Of a stretch of 64,000 nucleotides of DNA, positions 31,670 through 47,790 are shown in pieces. The DNA is taken from the NCBI GenBank assembly GCA_012295275.1, contig CM022668.1:3038001-3102000 (forward strand), in the 5' to 3' direction. The DNA comes from Chrysomallon squamiferum (lineage: Eukaryota > Animalia > Mollusca). Below the pieces are notes generated by a model. That model was not told the DNA's origin, did not search any database, and saw only the letters and a program-made list of their open reading frames with translations. The position numbers and the translations under genes are program-made. Every line of letters begins with the position of its first letter. Position 1 is the first letter of the stretch.

Positions 31670-32346
31670 ACGTTTGATGTAGGATAACACACAACAATAA
31701 AAAAGATGACGTCTTTTAACTTTCATTAAATCAGAAACGCTGCCAAAAGTACTTAAACGAAAAATAATAATAATAACAACAGTGTTATTATAATTATTAC
31801 CATTACTATCATCATTATTGTTATAATCGTTATTAATTTTATTGTTGTTGTTGTCGTTATTAATATTATTATTATATTATCATTACTACTACTGCTACAC
31901 CTACTACTGTTAAGTACAATAACAACAATAATAGATTAACATAAATTATTATTATTATTATCATCATCATAGTTACAGTTGTTATCATATCATTATTATA
32001 ACTTTTATCATTATTATTATTACTATTATTATTATTATTGCTGTTGTTATTATTGTTTTATTATTTTATTATTATTATTATTATTGTTGTTGTTGTTGTT
32101 GTTGTTGTTGCTGCTATTATTGTGGTTGTTATTATTATTTTTGTTATTACTATTATTATTATTGTTGTTGTTATTTGTTATTGTTGTTATTATTATTTTA
32201 TTATTATTATTATTATTATTATTGTTGTTGTTGTTGTTGTCATTGAATTTAAGTGTGTGTTTATAAATCATTATTATGAATTATTTTCAAACTTTTAAAT
32301 TATTTTATTATTGTTTATTATTTATATATTTATTAATGTTTGATTA

Positions 32347-32399
<53 letters not shown>

Positions 32400-33678
32400 G
32401 TTATTATTGTTACTTTTTATTATCTTTATTATTTGTATTGTTTTTATTATTATTATTGTTGTTATTATTGTTATTATTATTATTACTAATATTAATATTA
32501 ATATTATTTTTGTCATTTATTTATTTATTTATCTACATTCCACTTGAATTTCTTTTTTATTATGTTAAAACAAACATCAGTGACTATCCACCATCAACAA
32601 TTAAAAACAAAAGAAAACAAAACAACTGTTTTTTTAAAACTCTAATGATAACAACACAGCAACAGAAATGCCGATTGTGAATGTGATAAATACCTTTTAT
32701 TTTCACATGTTCGTACGTACTGTTATCTTTAGTATATATACTTCTATTTATAATCGCTTAAAAACACAGTCAGTACATGTACAATTGCATGTTGTTGTGT
32801 TTTATCTTTTTATTATTTTTGTTTGAAGGTTTTGTATTTCCGTGTGTGAAATCTATAAAAAGAATTCACAAAAATTATCCAGACAGTTGCGTGACAGCAG
32901 TATCCAATTGTGAATTATATTCTATGTACACCGAGTCTACATGAAAAACTTCAAACTGTTTAACTGTGACAAATAACACTTTTTGTTATATTATTTGTTA
33001 TTTGTTAGATAGATGTGAAATTAGGGAAATGTTGCGTAAAAGGTAAAACAATTTCAAAAGAACCTCATTTAACAATTGTTTCTGATGTCTTGTAAAACAC
33101 TCTAGATGTTTCATTAGGAAAACTGGCACCAAGACGCTTTCATTTATAATTATAAAAAGCTTATGGAGGTATATACTAAAAAAATAAAATAAAATATAAT
33201 TTAAAAAACGCACATTTCAGCCCTTTTCCGACAATCTGCCTAATTTGGGTAAATCTATTATAAAACAAATAACAATAATGATGAATATAGAAAAAATAAT
33301 CTAAACTCATGTTTCTAGTAAATGTGATCGAAGATTTATCATTTTTCTGATTATATACTTTCAAAAATCAGGCCACCATCTTTAAATATGGCCACAATAA
33401 GGTCAGAAAGTTACCAGTCTGAATTGTCCATCAACTGATTTCTAATACTTGAGACATCAAACTGACAATGAATTCACACTGGATCTGTTCATCAGTCTGG
33501 TAAACACACTCATAATAATAATAGTAATAACAAAAATAACAACAACAACAACCATGTATAAATATATGTGTGTATATATATTCTTACATATATATCTATA
33601 CACACATATATGTGTGTATATATATATACATCAATGTATATATGCTATGTTTGTTCATATATGTGTGTCCGTGTCGGA

Positions 33679-33727
<49 letters not shown>

Positions 33728-34859
33728 TGTGTTTGTAGATATAAATATATTTCGAAACCGGTGAAATAGCTACTCGGTAATTACGGACAACGGTCTTGTG
33801 AAACCGACTCTCGGCTTGATAGCCAATAAAAATCTATTTTGAGACGTTATACTCGATGTCCTCCATTTTACAGAATTGATACCAAAAATAATAATAAAAA
33901 TAAAAATAGTAACCAAACAAAAATAATAAAAAGATAAAATACAACAAAACAACAACACAACAACACACAGTTGTATATGTACTTATGGTCTTTTTGAGCG
34001 ATTATAAATAGAAGTATATGTATTAAAGATAACAGTACGTACGAACATGTGAAAATAAAAGATGTTTAACACATTCATCGTCGGCATTTCTGTTGCTGTG
34101 TTGTTATCATTAGGTTTTAAAAAAACAGTTTTTTTGTTTTGTTTTGTTTTCAATTGTTGATGGTGGATAGTCACTGATGTTTCTTTTAACATAATAAAAA
34201 AGAAATTCAAGTGGAATGTAGATAAATAAATAAATAAATAATAATAATATTATTAATATTAATAATAATAATAACAATAACAATAACAATAATAGCAATA
34301 CTAATAATAAAAATAACAATAATAATAACAATAATAATAATAAAAATAACAATAATAATTTTGATAATAATAATAACAATAATAATAATAATAATAATAA
34401 ATAATCAAACATTAATAAATATATAAATAATAAGCAATTGTAAGATAATTTAAAAGTTTGAAAATAATTAATAATAATGATTATAAAACACACATATAAA
34501 TTCAAAGAGGTAACAAAGAAAAATAAACGGGCTTGAAAAACGAATGTATGATATTATCCAAACGATCTGTATTTGTTTTGTAACAGGTTGTCAGTTGAGA
34601 CAAAATAAACTTCAATTTTATTTTACTTTTATACAGTAACACTGATACAATTTAGTATATATTTACTGTAATAAAAGTTATATATTTTAGCTATATCACA
34701 AAATATTCCATACATGACAAGTAGGTCGTCCCAGTAAAGCATATATGAACATTCAAACACACATTATGTCAATATTAAATTCTTAGAATTATAATAATAA
34801 TTATTATTCTTATTGCTATAATTACTGATATTATGGTTACTATTACAATTCCTATGATT

Positions 34860-34902
<43 letters not shown>

Positions 34903-34903
34903 T

Positions 34904-34945
<42 letters not shown>

Positions 34946-34946
34946 G

Positions 34947-34985
<39 letters not shown>

Positions 34986-37531
34986 TTCCTTCAAATGAAA
35001 ATAAAATAAAACAAAATAAACTACCAGTGACATAATGAAATTTTATATAAACAAATGTTACCTATTCACTTAAATCAAATTGTGGATCTTTGTTGAGCTT
35101 CTGTCGTGTCCAAGGCTAAATGTCTACCCACTAAACTGTAACTGAATGTCACAGGAAAAAATCTTCCACTTAAGAAAATAATTACGGAACAGAAACCAAA
35201 AGTAACGATCCACTGCACACGAACGATAGGACAAAACTATTGTCAAAGAGTCACGCTGATCGTAATTCAAGCCGGTGTCAGAGAATATTTGTTTCCCACC
35301 ATTATTGATTCCCCTATATAAAAAAAAAATGCATTATCTTATATCTAATATAATGAGGTTTCATCAAGAATGTTCTTAAGTTTTACTTTTATTTTATTTT
35401 ATAATTATTATTTAAATTTATTTTTATTTTTTATTAATTTTTTATTTTATTTTTTTTCTTACTGACTTATGACGTTACCTAATTGTCCTTACAAGCTGTT
35501 GTCAACATAAATGATTTCACAGCGGCTGAAACTTTCACACAATCAAACGAAATCTAAACAAATATTGTATCAGTCTGTCTCTGTGACCGCTGTGGCAGTC
35601 TGTAATATTGAGTGCACAGCTGTGATCGTTGTTCGTTATCTCTTCTTTATTTATTTTATGACAAAGTCGAATGTAATGGAGCATATGAAATAGCGTATAA
35701 TCGGATCAGCGGTTTTGATTTTCAGGATTGTTCTGAAGCAAAGCAATCGTTAAAAGACCGTGCATAATGTGGCCTATGATTTACAGCACTAAATACAACA
35801 GTTTAAACTTCAACACTTTTGAATCAACACTAGACAAACCATCTTATAAAAAAAAAAATATCGATTAACTTCTATAACCGTAATGAAATATAACCTCAAC
35901 CTCATTGTTTTGCATTACTAAATAGAACTGTCAAGTCAAAAGGAACGTGCAGTTTCAGTCACGTGACATAGATAATCGCTGGCATTAGACGGGACGGGAT
36001 CAGCTGTACATTTGTAAGCATGCACGTGATCACATCGAAATTTCTTATGGAGCAGGAGTTTCAGCTCTCAGTCGCCAGGGGAAATTATTTTCATTTTTAT
36101 TATAGAGACGTGTTTATAAAATAATATTTAGGTATTTCTTTCTGTGTTTTTGGAAAACACTATTTTATTTACTGATTCATGTTTTTTTTTTTTTTTTTTT
36201 TTTTTTATAAATAAGAGCTCTCAGTTATGCCTTAATATATCTCCGAAAGCACACGAGATGTTGTCATACTGTTTGTCCTAACTAAATTTGTTTCATCTCC
36301 TTTGATTGTGTGAAAGTTTCAGCCGGTTGCGAAATCGTTTATGTTGACAACAGCTTGCAAGGACAATTAGATAACCTCATAAGTCAGTAAGAAGAAAAAT
36401 AATAATAAAAATGAAAATAAATTTAAAAAATAATTATAAAATAAAAGAAAAGTAAAATTTTAGAATATTCTTAATGAAACTTCATTATATTAGACATTAG
36501 ATAATGCATTTTTTTTATATAGGGGAATCAATAATGGTGGGAAACAAATATTCTCTGACACCGGCTTGAATTACGATCAGCGTGACTATTTGACAATAGT
36601 TTTGTCCTATCGTTCGTGTGCAGTGGATCGGAACATCTACGTTTCAAACAATAAACACAATAAAACAGTCATTACACTTTAATAACAAACCAGCTGATAA
36701 AACTAAACATTAGTTAAAACGAAGGAACGTGAGATTAACAGAAACAGACAACTTTCAGTTAGGTAAGTAATGTGATGAGGGAAAAATCTGATATAATAAG
36801 TATAAGCAATAAACATAAAGAAGCATTGAGTAAAAGCTCGCCTGTTACCAGAAACCGACAATTTATAGCCCGATCTACAAAAACGGTCAGAAATTTAACA
36901 CGTAATAAACATTTCAGAAACTTCAAAAATTATTGTGGTATAAAGAAATAAAAGCAGTTAGACATAGAACAATGAAATGTGCATTTAAGTGTTGTAACCG
37001 ATTATAAAAAGCGTAGTAAAAGACTGAAAAGGGTAGATGAAAAAGTCAATCCACGCTGAAAAACCATTCCTCACTGATGTTGTTTTCTCAAGGTCAACCA
37101 GGATCTTTTTCAACAATTTGTCTTTTTTTTGAAAACGGTGATCTGGCAGATGTATATTAACTATTTTTAAAAATATTCTATGTTTATCAATGATTAATAA
37201 TAATTAATTCAGATTAATAATGATTTCCGCTGTTGTTAGTAAGTTGTCGTTTCCTGTTAGATCTGTCATGTTTATACATAACTCATTTCTTCTACCAGAA
37301 TTCAGATTAAATTTCAGTTTTCTTTTTAATCAGTTTAGATTTTGCTGGTGTAATTTCGGTCCAGCCGATTTGATAAAATTCGTTTTAGACGATTGCCTGT
37401 ATAATGTTTCTGTCTGAAAATCTACTCTCACTGGATTTGGACAGGTTTTGTATTTTCTTCTTTTTATGTTAACTCTGTTTTTCTCTCTCTCTCTCCGTCC
37501 CTTCGTTTCTCTCCCTCATCTCCAGCTCTGA

Positions 37532-37642
<111 letters not shown>

Positions 37643-38607
37643 CATTTATTTATTTATTTGTTTGTTATTTATGTATTTGTTTGTTTATTTAATATATTAA
37701 TATTTCTATATTTACTTCTTTATTATTTATTATATATATATATATATATTTATTTATTTATTTTTATTTTTATTTTTGTTTTTTTTATATACCTATTAAT
37801 GCATTTATTTGCATTTATCCTGAGTATTTTAATGTATAACAAGTATAACAATGACTGAGTGCAGTTTTAAAATATCTGGCAGCCGTCACAACAATATTTC
37901 ATTTTTCAGCTATACAATGTATTACTGACCGCATGCATCCACCCCCACCCCAACTCATAACCCAGTATCCGCCAAACTTTGTAGATGTACATTTCGTTCA
38001 GTACAATGTATTAGAATAATGCGGATTATTTAAAGGGAGGCAAATCTTCAACAACTATTTAGTTTGTTCTTTCAGAATTATGTCCCTTGCAACATCTATT
38101 CTCATAATAATAATAAAATGACAAATCTTTTTGCTGAATTTTTTCCGTATATATATATATTCATGCATAAAGGTTTGTGTGTATTTGCCTGTATTGTGTG
38201 TGTGAGTTTTCGTGCGTTAAGGAATGTTCGTATATGTGTGTATATATATATGAACATATGTATGTATGTGACTAGGTACATGTGTTTCTTTCTATATATA
38301 CAGTATGGACTCTAAGGAAGAGATTATGACAGACTAGTCTGGTGTACAGTGTAAGGTTTTCTCTTCATCTAGGGCTGGATACAGATATCAGACTGTAGCA
38401 GGTAACAGAATAAAGTCGTTTAATAAATTATATTACGTAAAGATTCCTTGAAACTGAGAGGCCCACAGAAGCAATGAAAAAGAAAAGTGATTCCATCCAG
38501 TTCAGTGTAACTTGTAGATAATCTGCGGTTAGTAAATAAAATACCTATTTTCTGTATGTATGTCTGTGGGCGTGTGTCTCAGTATGTGTACGTGTGATTG
38601 TGTGTGT

Positions 38608-38644
<37 letters not shown>

Positions 38645-39343
38645 TCTTTTTGAATGATGAAAATTCCATAAACAGGAAAAAAAAAAAAATTCTTTGAGTT
38701 CTACGAAGCAATAAGACGTGGACTGGAATATGAAATCATAAATATTAATTAATTAATTAATTTTTTTTTTTTGTTTTTATCTATTTATTTATTTCTTATT
38801 TATATATATATGTATTTATTTATTTGATTATTTATTTATTTGTTTGTTTGTTTATTTATTTATTTATCATTTTTATGTTTGTATATTTATTTGTTTGTTA
38901 TTTATTTGTTTATTTATTTATTTATTTGGTTTTTTTATATACTTATTAATGCATTTATTTCTGTTTTTCCTGAGTATTTTAATGTGTTAGAAGTATAGCA
39001 ATGATGGAGTGCAGTTTTAAAATATCTGGCATCCGTCACAACAGTATTTCATTTTTCAGCTATACAATGTATTACTGACCGCATGCATCCACCCCCACCC
39101 CAACTCGTCCCCCAGTATCCGCCATACTTTGGAGATATAAATTTCGTTCAGTACAATGTATTAGAACAATGCGGATTATTTAAAGGGAGGCAAATCTTCA
39201 ACAACTATTTAGTTTGTTCTTTCAGAATTATGTCCCTTGCAACATCTATCCTCAAAGTAATAATAAAATGACAAATAATTTAGCTGAATTTTTTCTGTAT
39301 ATATATTCATGCATAAAGGTTTGTGTGTATTTGCCTCTATTGT

Positions 39344-39491
39344 GTCTGAGATTCGTGGAATTGTAAGAAGAAAAATATAAATAAGGTAAACGATTCAGGT
39401 AGGCGAAACAGACGAAGTACGTGACACAAAACAGACAAACAAAGAAGACGAATTTCTTTGTTTTGTTTTTCACATTTTCTTGTGTTGTCAT
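39344..39491 (-). pseudogene. 3'-truncated subtype A copy: N-tail, transmembrane anchor and start of stem only (MTTQENVKNK...STNLR)
   Basis: Matches 434-581 and its upstream flank (39492-39841 vs 1-433), then jumps to sequence homologous to ~7785 onward. The in-frame tail HNRGKY... is non-homologous and stops at 39252. Confidence 0.85.
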
Positions 39492-39585
39492 CGTTGTGTG
39501 AACAAACGTGTGAGATTCTGAAAAAAACAAAATTGCATAGAATTAATGGAGATTATTGTTTTAACCCACACACACATACACACAC

Positions 39586-39730
<145 letters not shown>

Positions 39731-40186
39731 ACCAGTCAGAGATACACAGATATATATAGATATTTACACAGACAGATAGAAAACAGAAACCAGGATGCCC
39801 GGGGGAGGAGTCCATTTTAGGGCGCTGCCTGCCCCTCCCTCTGACTAACTAGACAAACTGGTAACATACTGAGAATTGTTTTCCAGTGTAAAGTGTAATC
39901 AGAATTTGATCAATAATACAATAATGATTATGAAAAACAATGTACGAAACGGTTAACGCAGTTGATCAAGTCATTTGTGTTCAGTGTGGCGTCCTCACAA
40001 AGCACAGACGTCCCGTAACGCACACGCATTAAAACCACACAAGACACGGTTGAGAGCATAACTGCCGTGTACCTTGAATAATACCTGTAGTAATCAATGG
40101 AATATTCTGATACAACTAAATACAGATCTCAGAACAAAACTACATAAAATCAGATTTATTTATAGATTTTAACATCTGAGGCATTT

Positions 40187-40735
40187 TTATCCAAATTTGA
40201 AAAGATGTCCAAAGGCATCTAAGAACTGAATGGGTGATTTCAGGCAAGGAGTTAGCTGTGCCTTCAGTCTCACGAGTCTGTTTTCTGTCTGTTTATAAAC
40301 TCTCTTTCTTCGTGGTGGGGCAGATCCAAAGTTTACCTGTCTCAGTTTAACACGTTCTGATGTTTCTATTCCTTTTATCAACTGAACAAACTTGTATGTA
40401 TTTGGACGGTGAAGTTGAACTGATCGGTTTATTCTCGAATGAAAACCTGCAGATTATTGTTTGTTCTGGAGCAGGTGGTCAGATGATGGTTCCACAAATC
40501 AAAGGGAATCTGACGTCATTGTCTACTCATGTAGACACCACAGAATCATTTAATATCTCCGATTAATGTGGAACATCAGATCTGTCAGCCGTGGCTTCAA
40601 ACCACGCATCTTGCACTTCGCAGTCGACAGTTGGCAGAACAGTAAGACCTAGATCTTGCACTTTCCTCCAAATGGTCTGTGTGAAGTGAAAAGAAAAAAA
40701 AGCATCCTTCACCTCAGCTTGTGGAACTTCACAGT
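40187..40735 (-). mobile_element. Mutator-like (MULE) transposase C-terminal remnant
   Basis: Minus strand reads, with frameshifts, PQAEVKGC.FHFTQTIWRKVQDLGL (MULE CxxH region) and later RTNNNL..FHSRIN (RTNNxxE-type motif), then ORF 40187-40381 (PPRRKRVYKQTENRLVRLK). Confidence 0.7.
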
Positions 40736-41577
40736 AGTTTATTAAGCATCACCAAAAATGATTAAACCAAGTTCTTCTTAAATTTCGCAAATTTTACACA
40801 ATATTTTCATAAACTTCATATCCATCCACGTTGCTGTATCAAATGAGATAACAAAAACTGCTATTTGTCACAGATAAACAGTTTCAAGTTTTGCAAATAG
40901 ACTCTGTGTCCATAGAATATGATTCAGAATCGGATATTGCTGTCATGCATCTGTCTGGATTATTTCACACACGGAAATACAAAACCTTCAAATTGACCAA
41001 CGTATAACAGCAATCGTTTTAAAAGAAAATAAACTTTAATTTTTATATGAATATTCAAACATACCTTATGTCAATATTAAAGTCTTACCAGTGAAAAATT
41101 TATTTTAGTCGCTAAATTTGAAATAGTCTTAAAGTTACAACGAGTTAAAATATACCGGCTTGAAAAACAAATGTATGAGATTATTTAAATTTAAAATAAT
41201 TTTAGATGTTAATAATTATTTCAATGTTAAAAATTACAAATAAATATTAAAATTACCAGATATTAACAGATATTGTTTTCTTCAAGAGAGATGAAACTGT
41301 AAGTTTATCAACGTCTCTTTTACAAAAACAACAGCAGCAGAAGAAGAAGAACAATAATAATAACAACACCAACAACAACAACAGGCAGTAATCATCATCA
41401 GAATAACTGCAACTAATAATCATAACTGTAATAATACAACAGCAACAACAACATCAGTAATAATAATAATAACAAAAACAAGAACATAATAATATGAATA
41501 GTAGTAACAATAACAATAAAAACAACTACATATTATTATTATTACTATTATTATTATTATTATTAGTGGTAGTAGTA

Positions 41578-41641
<64 letters not shown>

Positions 41642-43252
41642 AATTAGTATTAGTATTAGTATTACCTTCCTCCAACAGAAAATAAAATAAAGCAAAATAA
41701 ATTATCAGTGACACAATGAAATTTTATATAAAGAAATGTTACCTATTCACTTACATCAGACTATCGGTCTTTGTTGAGCTTCTGTCGCGTCCAAGGCTAA
41801 ATGTCTCCCAGTAAACTGTAACTGAATGTGACAGGAAAAAATCTTCCACGTATGAAAACAATAACGGAGCAGAAACTCCGCTGCTACGGTCCACTGCACA
41901 CGAACGATGAGACAAAGCTGTCGTCAAATAGTCACTCTGATGGTAATTCAAGCCGGTGTCAGAGAATATTTGTTCCCCACGAATATTCGTTCCCCCTCGA
42001 TCGTGTTTTCATACAAATATTGTTCACTGAATATTTGTTCCTGGGGTACAGATATTCGTGGGAACAAGTAAGCTTTTACACCGGTTCTTTTAGAGAAGCG
42101 AAATGAAGTCAACAGCCGCTCCCACATTTTTGTTTTGTTTGTCTTTTCATTTTTGATCAAGTAAAAATCCATTAATTTATATCTAATGTAATCAGGTTTT
42201 ATCAAGGAATGTTCTTGGGTTTTATTTATTTATTTATTTATTTACTTTAAATTCTATATATTTTGCACGTTACAGATTTTTTAGGGTTTTTTAATTCTGA
42301 TTGAAAGCTGTTGTCAACATACACGATGTCAGAGCTGGTTCAAACTTTCAGACAATCAAAGGAGATAAAACAAATTTAGTTAGGACAAACAGTATAGCAA
42401 CATCTCGTGTAATTTCAGAGATATATTAAGGCATAGTTATATATAAAAACAAATAAATAAATTTTAAAAATTAGTGTTTTCTAGAACCACAGTAAGAAAT
42501 ACATAAATATTATTTTATAAACACGTCTCTATAATTGAAATGAAAATAATTTACTCTGTCGTTTGAGAGCTGAAACTCTTCCTCCATGATAAATATCTAC
42601 GTGATGACGTGAATATTAATAAAGCTGCAATTTACTTCAGGTCCCGTCTAAGATTAGCAACTATCTACGTCACGTGACTGAAATGGCACGTTCCCATTGG
42701 CCTGACAGTTCTATTTAGTAATCCAAAGCAATGAGGTTGAGGTTATATTTCATTATGGTTATAGAACTTAATCGATATTTTTCTTTAAAAAATGGTTTCT
42801 CTAGTGTTGATTCAAAAGTGTTGAAGTTTTCTAAACTGTTGTATTTAGTGCTTAAAACCACAGGCCAACATTATGTACCCTCTTTTAACGATTATTTTGC
42901 TTCAGAAAAAATCCCAAAATGAGAGCCGCTGATCCGATTTCAAAAATATAAAAATCATTTTGATCCAGTAATTATCCTGCTATCTCCTAACGTTAAAAAA
43001 TAAAAATAAAAATAAAACAGTTACTTTGGTGGTATCTTATCAAACTGAAAGACAACAAGTTAGCTGATATCTTATCAAACTGAAATACTGTAAGCTAGTG
43101 CATACGCTCCATTACATTCACAGCTTGTCATAAAATAAATAAAGACGAAATAACGAACAGCGATAACAGCTGTGTGTCACAGCTGTCACAAAGACTGATA
43201 CAATATTTGTTTAGATTTCAGAAAGTGTAGCCAATAAACACGTTATTGTTAG

Positions 43253-43366
<114 letters not shown>

Positions 43367-43449
43367 ATTGACGTGTCTGAGTATATATATACATATATAT
43401 GCGTGTATAGATATATGTTTATAAATACTAAAGAAATAAAATATATATA

Positions 43450-44908
43450 CTCTAACAAAAAAGAAACGCAAAAGTAGATTTTATTGACATTGGGAATATC
43501 TATCTAATGGATCAACAGAAAGCAGCAGAATGTTCACATTTTACACACACTTTCGCAATTCATTAATATTGATGGTATTACACTGAAAAGGTTAAAGTTC
43601 AAGGTTATAACAGTATAATATCAATACCTTGTGTGCCCACCATGGGAGTCCAGAACTGCCTGACATCTCCTTCCCATGGCAGTAATGACATTACGAATTA
43701 CACCTTGTGGAATGGTGGCCCACTCTGTCTGTAGTAATAATGCCAACTGAGCACGATTCTGTGGCTGTGGTTGATGCTGCCTCAGTCGTCTATCCAACTC
43801 ATCCCATAAATGCTCTATAGGGTTCTAATCCGGAGATTTAGAGGGCCAGGGCAGGACCTAAATGTTATTGTTGTGTAGGTACGCTGTTGTGAGTCTGGTT
43901 GTATGTGGTCTCGCACTGTCGTGCTGGAATACAGCGTTACCGTTATTCATAATTGGAGCGACATGCGGCTGCAACATTTCATCTCAGTATCTCTGTACCG
44001 TTAAGTTTCCTTGGATGTGAACACACCATCACACTACCACCGCCAAATCTGTCCGCTTCCTGTATGCAGTTTCCAATAAAACGTTCACCACGACGTCTGT
44101 AAACTCGACATCTTCCATCAGCTCGTTGAAGCAGAAATCGAGTCTCGTCACTAAAACAGACAGTTATCCATTTAACTGAGGCCAGACCAGGTGCAGTTGA
44201 CACCACTGACGTCGTAGTCGACGATGTTGTTGAGACAAAACAACTCTTCTTACAGGCCGTCTGGCTCGAATACCTGACTCGCGTAAACGATTGCGCACTG
44301 TCTGAGCCGATAGTCTACGCATACCTGGTATTGCTGAAGCAGTAGAGGTAGCCGTGGTGGTTGATTCCCGTAGATGAAGTACCCGTATGTAGCGGTCCTG
44401 GGCCCTGGTGGTTATACGTGGTCTACCTGATCTGGGACGGTCACGTGTTGTTTGGTGTTGCTGGAACTGATACCACAATCTCAAGATGATGCTTGGGGAT
44501 ACATGGAACACCCGGGCTACGGCCGAGAAGGATTCGCCAGCTTGTAAACGGCCGATGGCGTTGTTTCGTTGCGGTTCACTCAGTCGTGGCATTAGTTTGA
44601 TGTTGGGTCAGAACAAAAATAACGAACAGAACTATTCGAAAACCTTGCATTTTTATAACCCTCGTATTCAAGTTTCATGTGCTGCACGTGCACATGCACT
44701 GGTAACGTGGTTTACATGCGGGGATGTTTTGGCTAATAAACACGATCATAGCCTTTATTTTGTGTTACCTGCTTTTTGGCGACTGTAACAAAAGCTGTAC
44801 GTTTGAATCACCAAATATCATTATATTCATAGTTTAAATATCGATATGTGTCAGTTTACAATAGTTATCTAAGAAATCAACCATGTTGCGTTTCTGTTTT
44901 TGGGAGGG
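43450..44908 (-). mobile_element. Degenerate Tc1-family transposon, second copy, both imperfect terminal inverted repeats visible
   Basis: TA|CTCTAACAAAAAAGAAACGCAAAAG ... CATGTTGCGTTTCTGTTTTTGGGAGGG|TA. ORF fragments 44164-44592 and 43979-44206 carry the same lesions as the 21.4-22.8 kb copy. Confidence 0.92.
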
Positions 44909-44955
44909 TATATATATATACACACACTTCACATGTATATACATATATATCTGTG

Positions 44956-45007
<52 letters not shown>

Positions 45008-47075
45008 AGTATATGTATGTATATGTGTGTCTGTGTGTATATGTGTATGTGTGTACGGATGTATGTATATACAGACATATAGAGTTAACAGAAACAGACA
45101 ATTTGCAATCAGGTAAGTAAGGTGATATAGGAAACATCTGGTGTATTAAGTACAAGCAATAAACATAAATAAACATTGAGTAAAAGCATTCCCCAGAGAA
45201 CAGCACACAAGACAAAATTAGAAACAGATGACATGTATTTGATCGACTTATTTCTCAAACTGTTGTGTGCGCCTTTATTGAGTACACAAAGTCCTCACTG
45301 CTATAAAATATATAGTTGAGGATTGTATATGTTAGTGTTGCCGTTGATGATGATGGTTTTATTTATAGCTGGTCATTTGCTGTTACAAAATGATTTTTAC
45401 TGATATATTTTAATAAACGTTGTAACAATTTTCATTATTTATTTTTATTTTTTATTATTAATTATTTTTCACTTATTATATTTTTTATATTTTTTATTTT
45501 ATTTTATTTTATTTTATTATTTTTTTTATTTTTTTTTTGGCGTGGGTCATTCAGTTTATAATTTTCATCTGAATGTGTTATTAATAGGCTTTATTAAGTT
45601 GTGTATTTTTTATATTTTTGTATCTATTATTATTAAAAAAAAAAAATTACATTTTTAATAGATTGTCAGACACAAAATAAGTTTTAAAACTGAAAATGAC
45701 AGATAAATATTAATCTTGAAAACTTAACGTTATACATTTTTTTCTATTCCGAGAGAGAGAGATTAAAAAAAACACAGATGTGAATCTTTAGTTTTTGTTC
45801 CGTGCTCTAACAGCGCGTTTGTTATTCTCTGATTGGAAAAAGAAACGAAATATAAAAGATCAAATAAACCAAACGTCCAGGCTTCCTAACAGTAGCAGTG
45901 TATTTACTTTACGTCGAGCAAGTGTATACAGCTTTATAATTCACATTATAAATAATCATCAGTGAAACATAAACACGTGTTTGTGTAATTAGTGCATGGA
46001 CACTTGGTGTCGGCCAGGGAAGTCGACAAATCTGTTTTGTTTAGTACCGGGACGTAGACATGTCTAATTGTTTGTAAGTTCTGCGCTGCAGTTACGAGAC
46101 GCCTTTTTTGTTAACAACGAAATGAGAACCCTGAACTTGAATGTTATGTGATTACTGTCCTGGGTAGAATTTCATATTAGGCTTTCTTTAATAGAGTAGG
46201 TACCTGTGTGTTTTTCGGTTTTTTGTTTATTTGCTCGTATTATACTCTACCATTTTACTGTTTTGGGTAGCAAATTGATCTTTCTCTTCTATTGAACAGG
46301 TGCTTGTACATAGGGTTCTTTTACCGGTATAATCTATATCAAGTTTCATATCAAAATGGAAAAATCGTGACTGTTTTAATTCATAATTTGTTCTTTTTTT
46401 AATTTTTAATTTTGTTTTTGCTTTGTTTGGCTTTTTATCTTTATAACTCATGCATAAGTAAATAGGCTAGTGTTTGACTGGCCTATTTTGTGCCAAGTAC
46501 ATGCAGGCCACCGCCTTTACCTTCACGAAAACGAAGCATTCGGGTAATAGTGACATTTTTACGGGTAGCGATGATGAACACAATTCAAACGATATCACAG
46601 TATATTCATAGAAATGAGCATAGATATTTTTTTAATTTATTTTTAGAAGATATTTTATTTATTATTTCATTCTTATGTATTTAATTTTCTTTTTATCGTA
46701 TTGGACAAGTAGAAAGAGTGAGATGCAATGACAAACTTCTTTCTACCTCTTCCTTCTTAGTGTTAATAGTTACGTTGTCTGTTACCAGATTTGTTAAGGT
46801 TATTTTTGCTACATATTTATTAACATAATAATAATAATATTAATAACAATAATAATAACAACACAAAATAAATAAATAAATAATGTATACATTTTTTTGA
46901 CAATAAATAAAAGGTAATTTTAAAACAAAAATAAAACAAAATAATTTTTTTGTTTGTTTTATTTATTTTATATTTCATTAACATTATATATTTAGTTCTT
47001 AAAACACTCTTTCACTTCGCCTAAGCAAAATGGATAATCATATAAGTTATATATCAATAAAGTTGTTTTTTCATA

Positions 47076-47209
<134 letters not shown>

Positions 47210-47747
47210 GATGTCGTGATGTTTTAAATTATCGATATGTAAAAATATATTTTTTTTTTAATAATTAAATGCGTAAATAAATAAATATGGAACGATATTT
47301 AAAACATTTTATATATATCATTTTCAAAAACAAATAAAATATTAAATACGTAAATAAATAAATATGAAAATAAGTAAGGAAACAAGTAAGCAAATAAATT
47401 TGTGTTTACCGTTTAGACAGTATTATGAAAGAATTATGCGAATGAACAGATATTTTCCATTCATTTAATAAATTATTGTAAGACACTGAAACCTTTAAAA
47501 AAAAATGTACACAGATTTCATTTCGTCATTAATATCAGTAAGATATACCGCACATCACACACACACAGATTTCTGTCAAATGGAACTTTCTTTTATCGTT
47601 TCTGTTCCATGGAAACAATGTTTGAAATAGAAAACACGAATGCAAGCAAACAAACATAGAAACAGACAGAAAAACATGCATATATACCTAGTCACATACA
47701 TACATCTCTTCATATATACACATATACACGAATATTCTTTAACGTAC

Positions 47748-47790
<43 letters not shown>

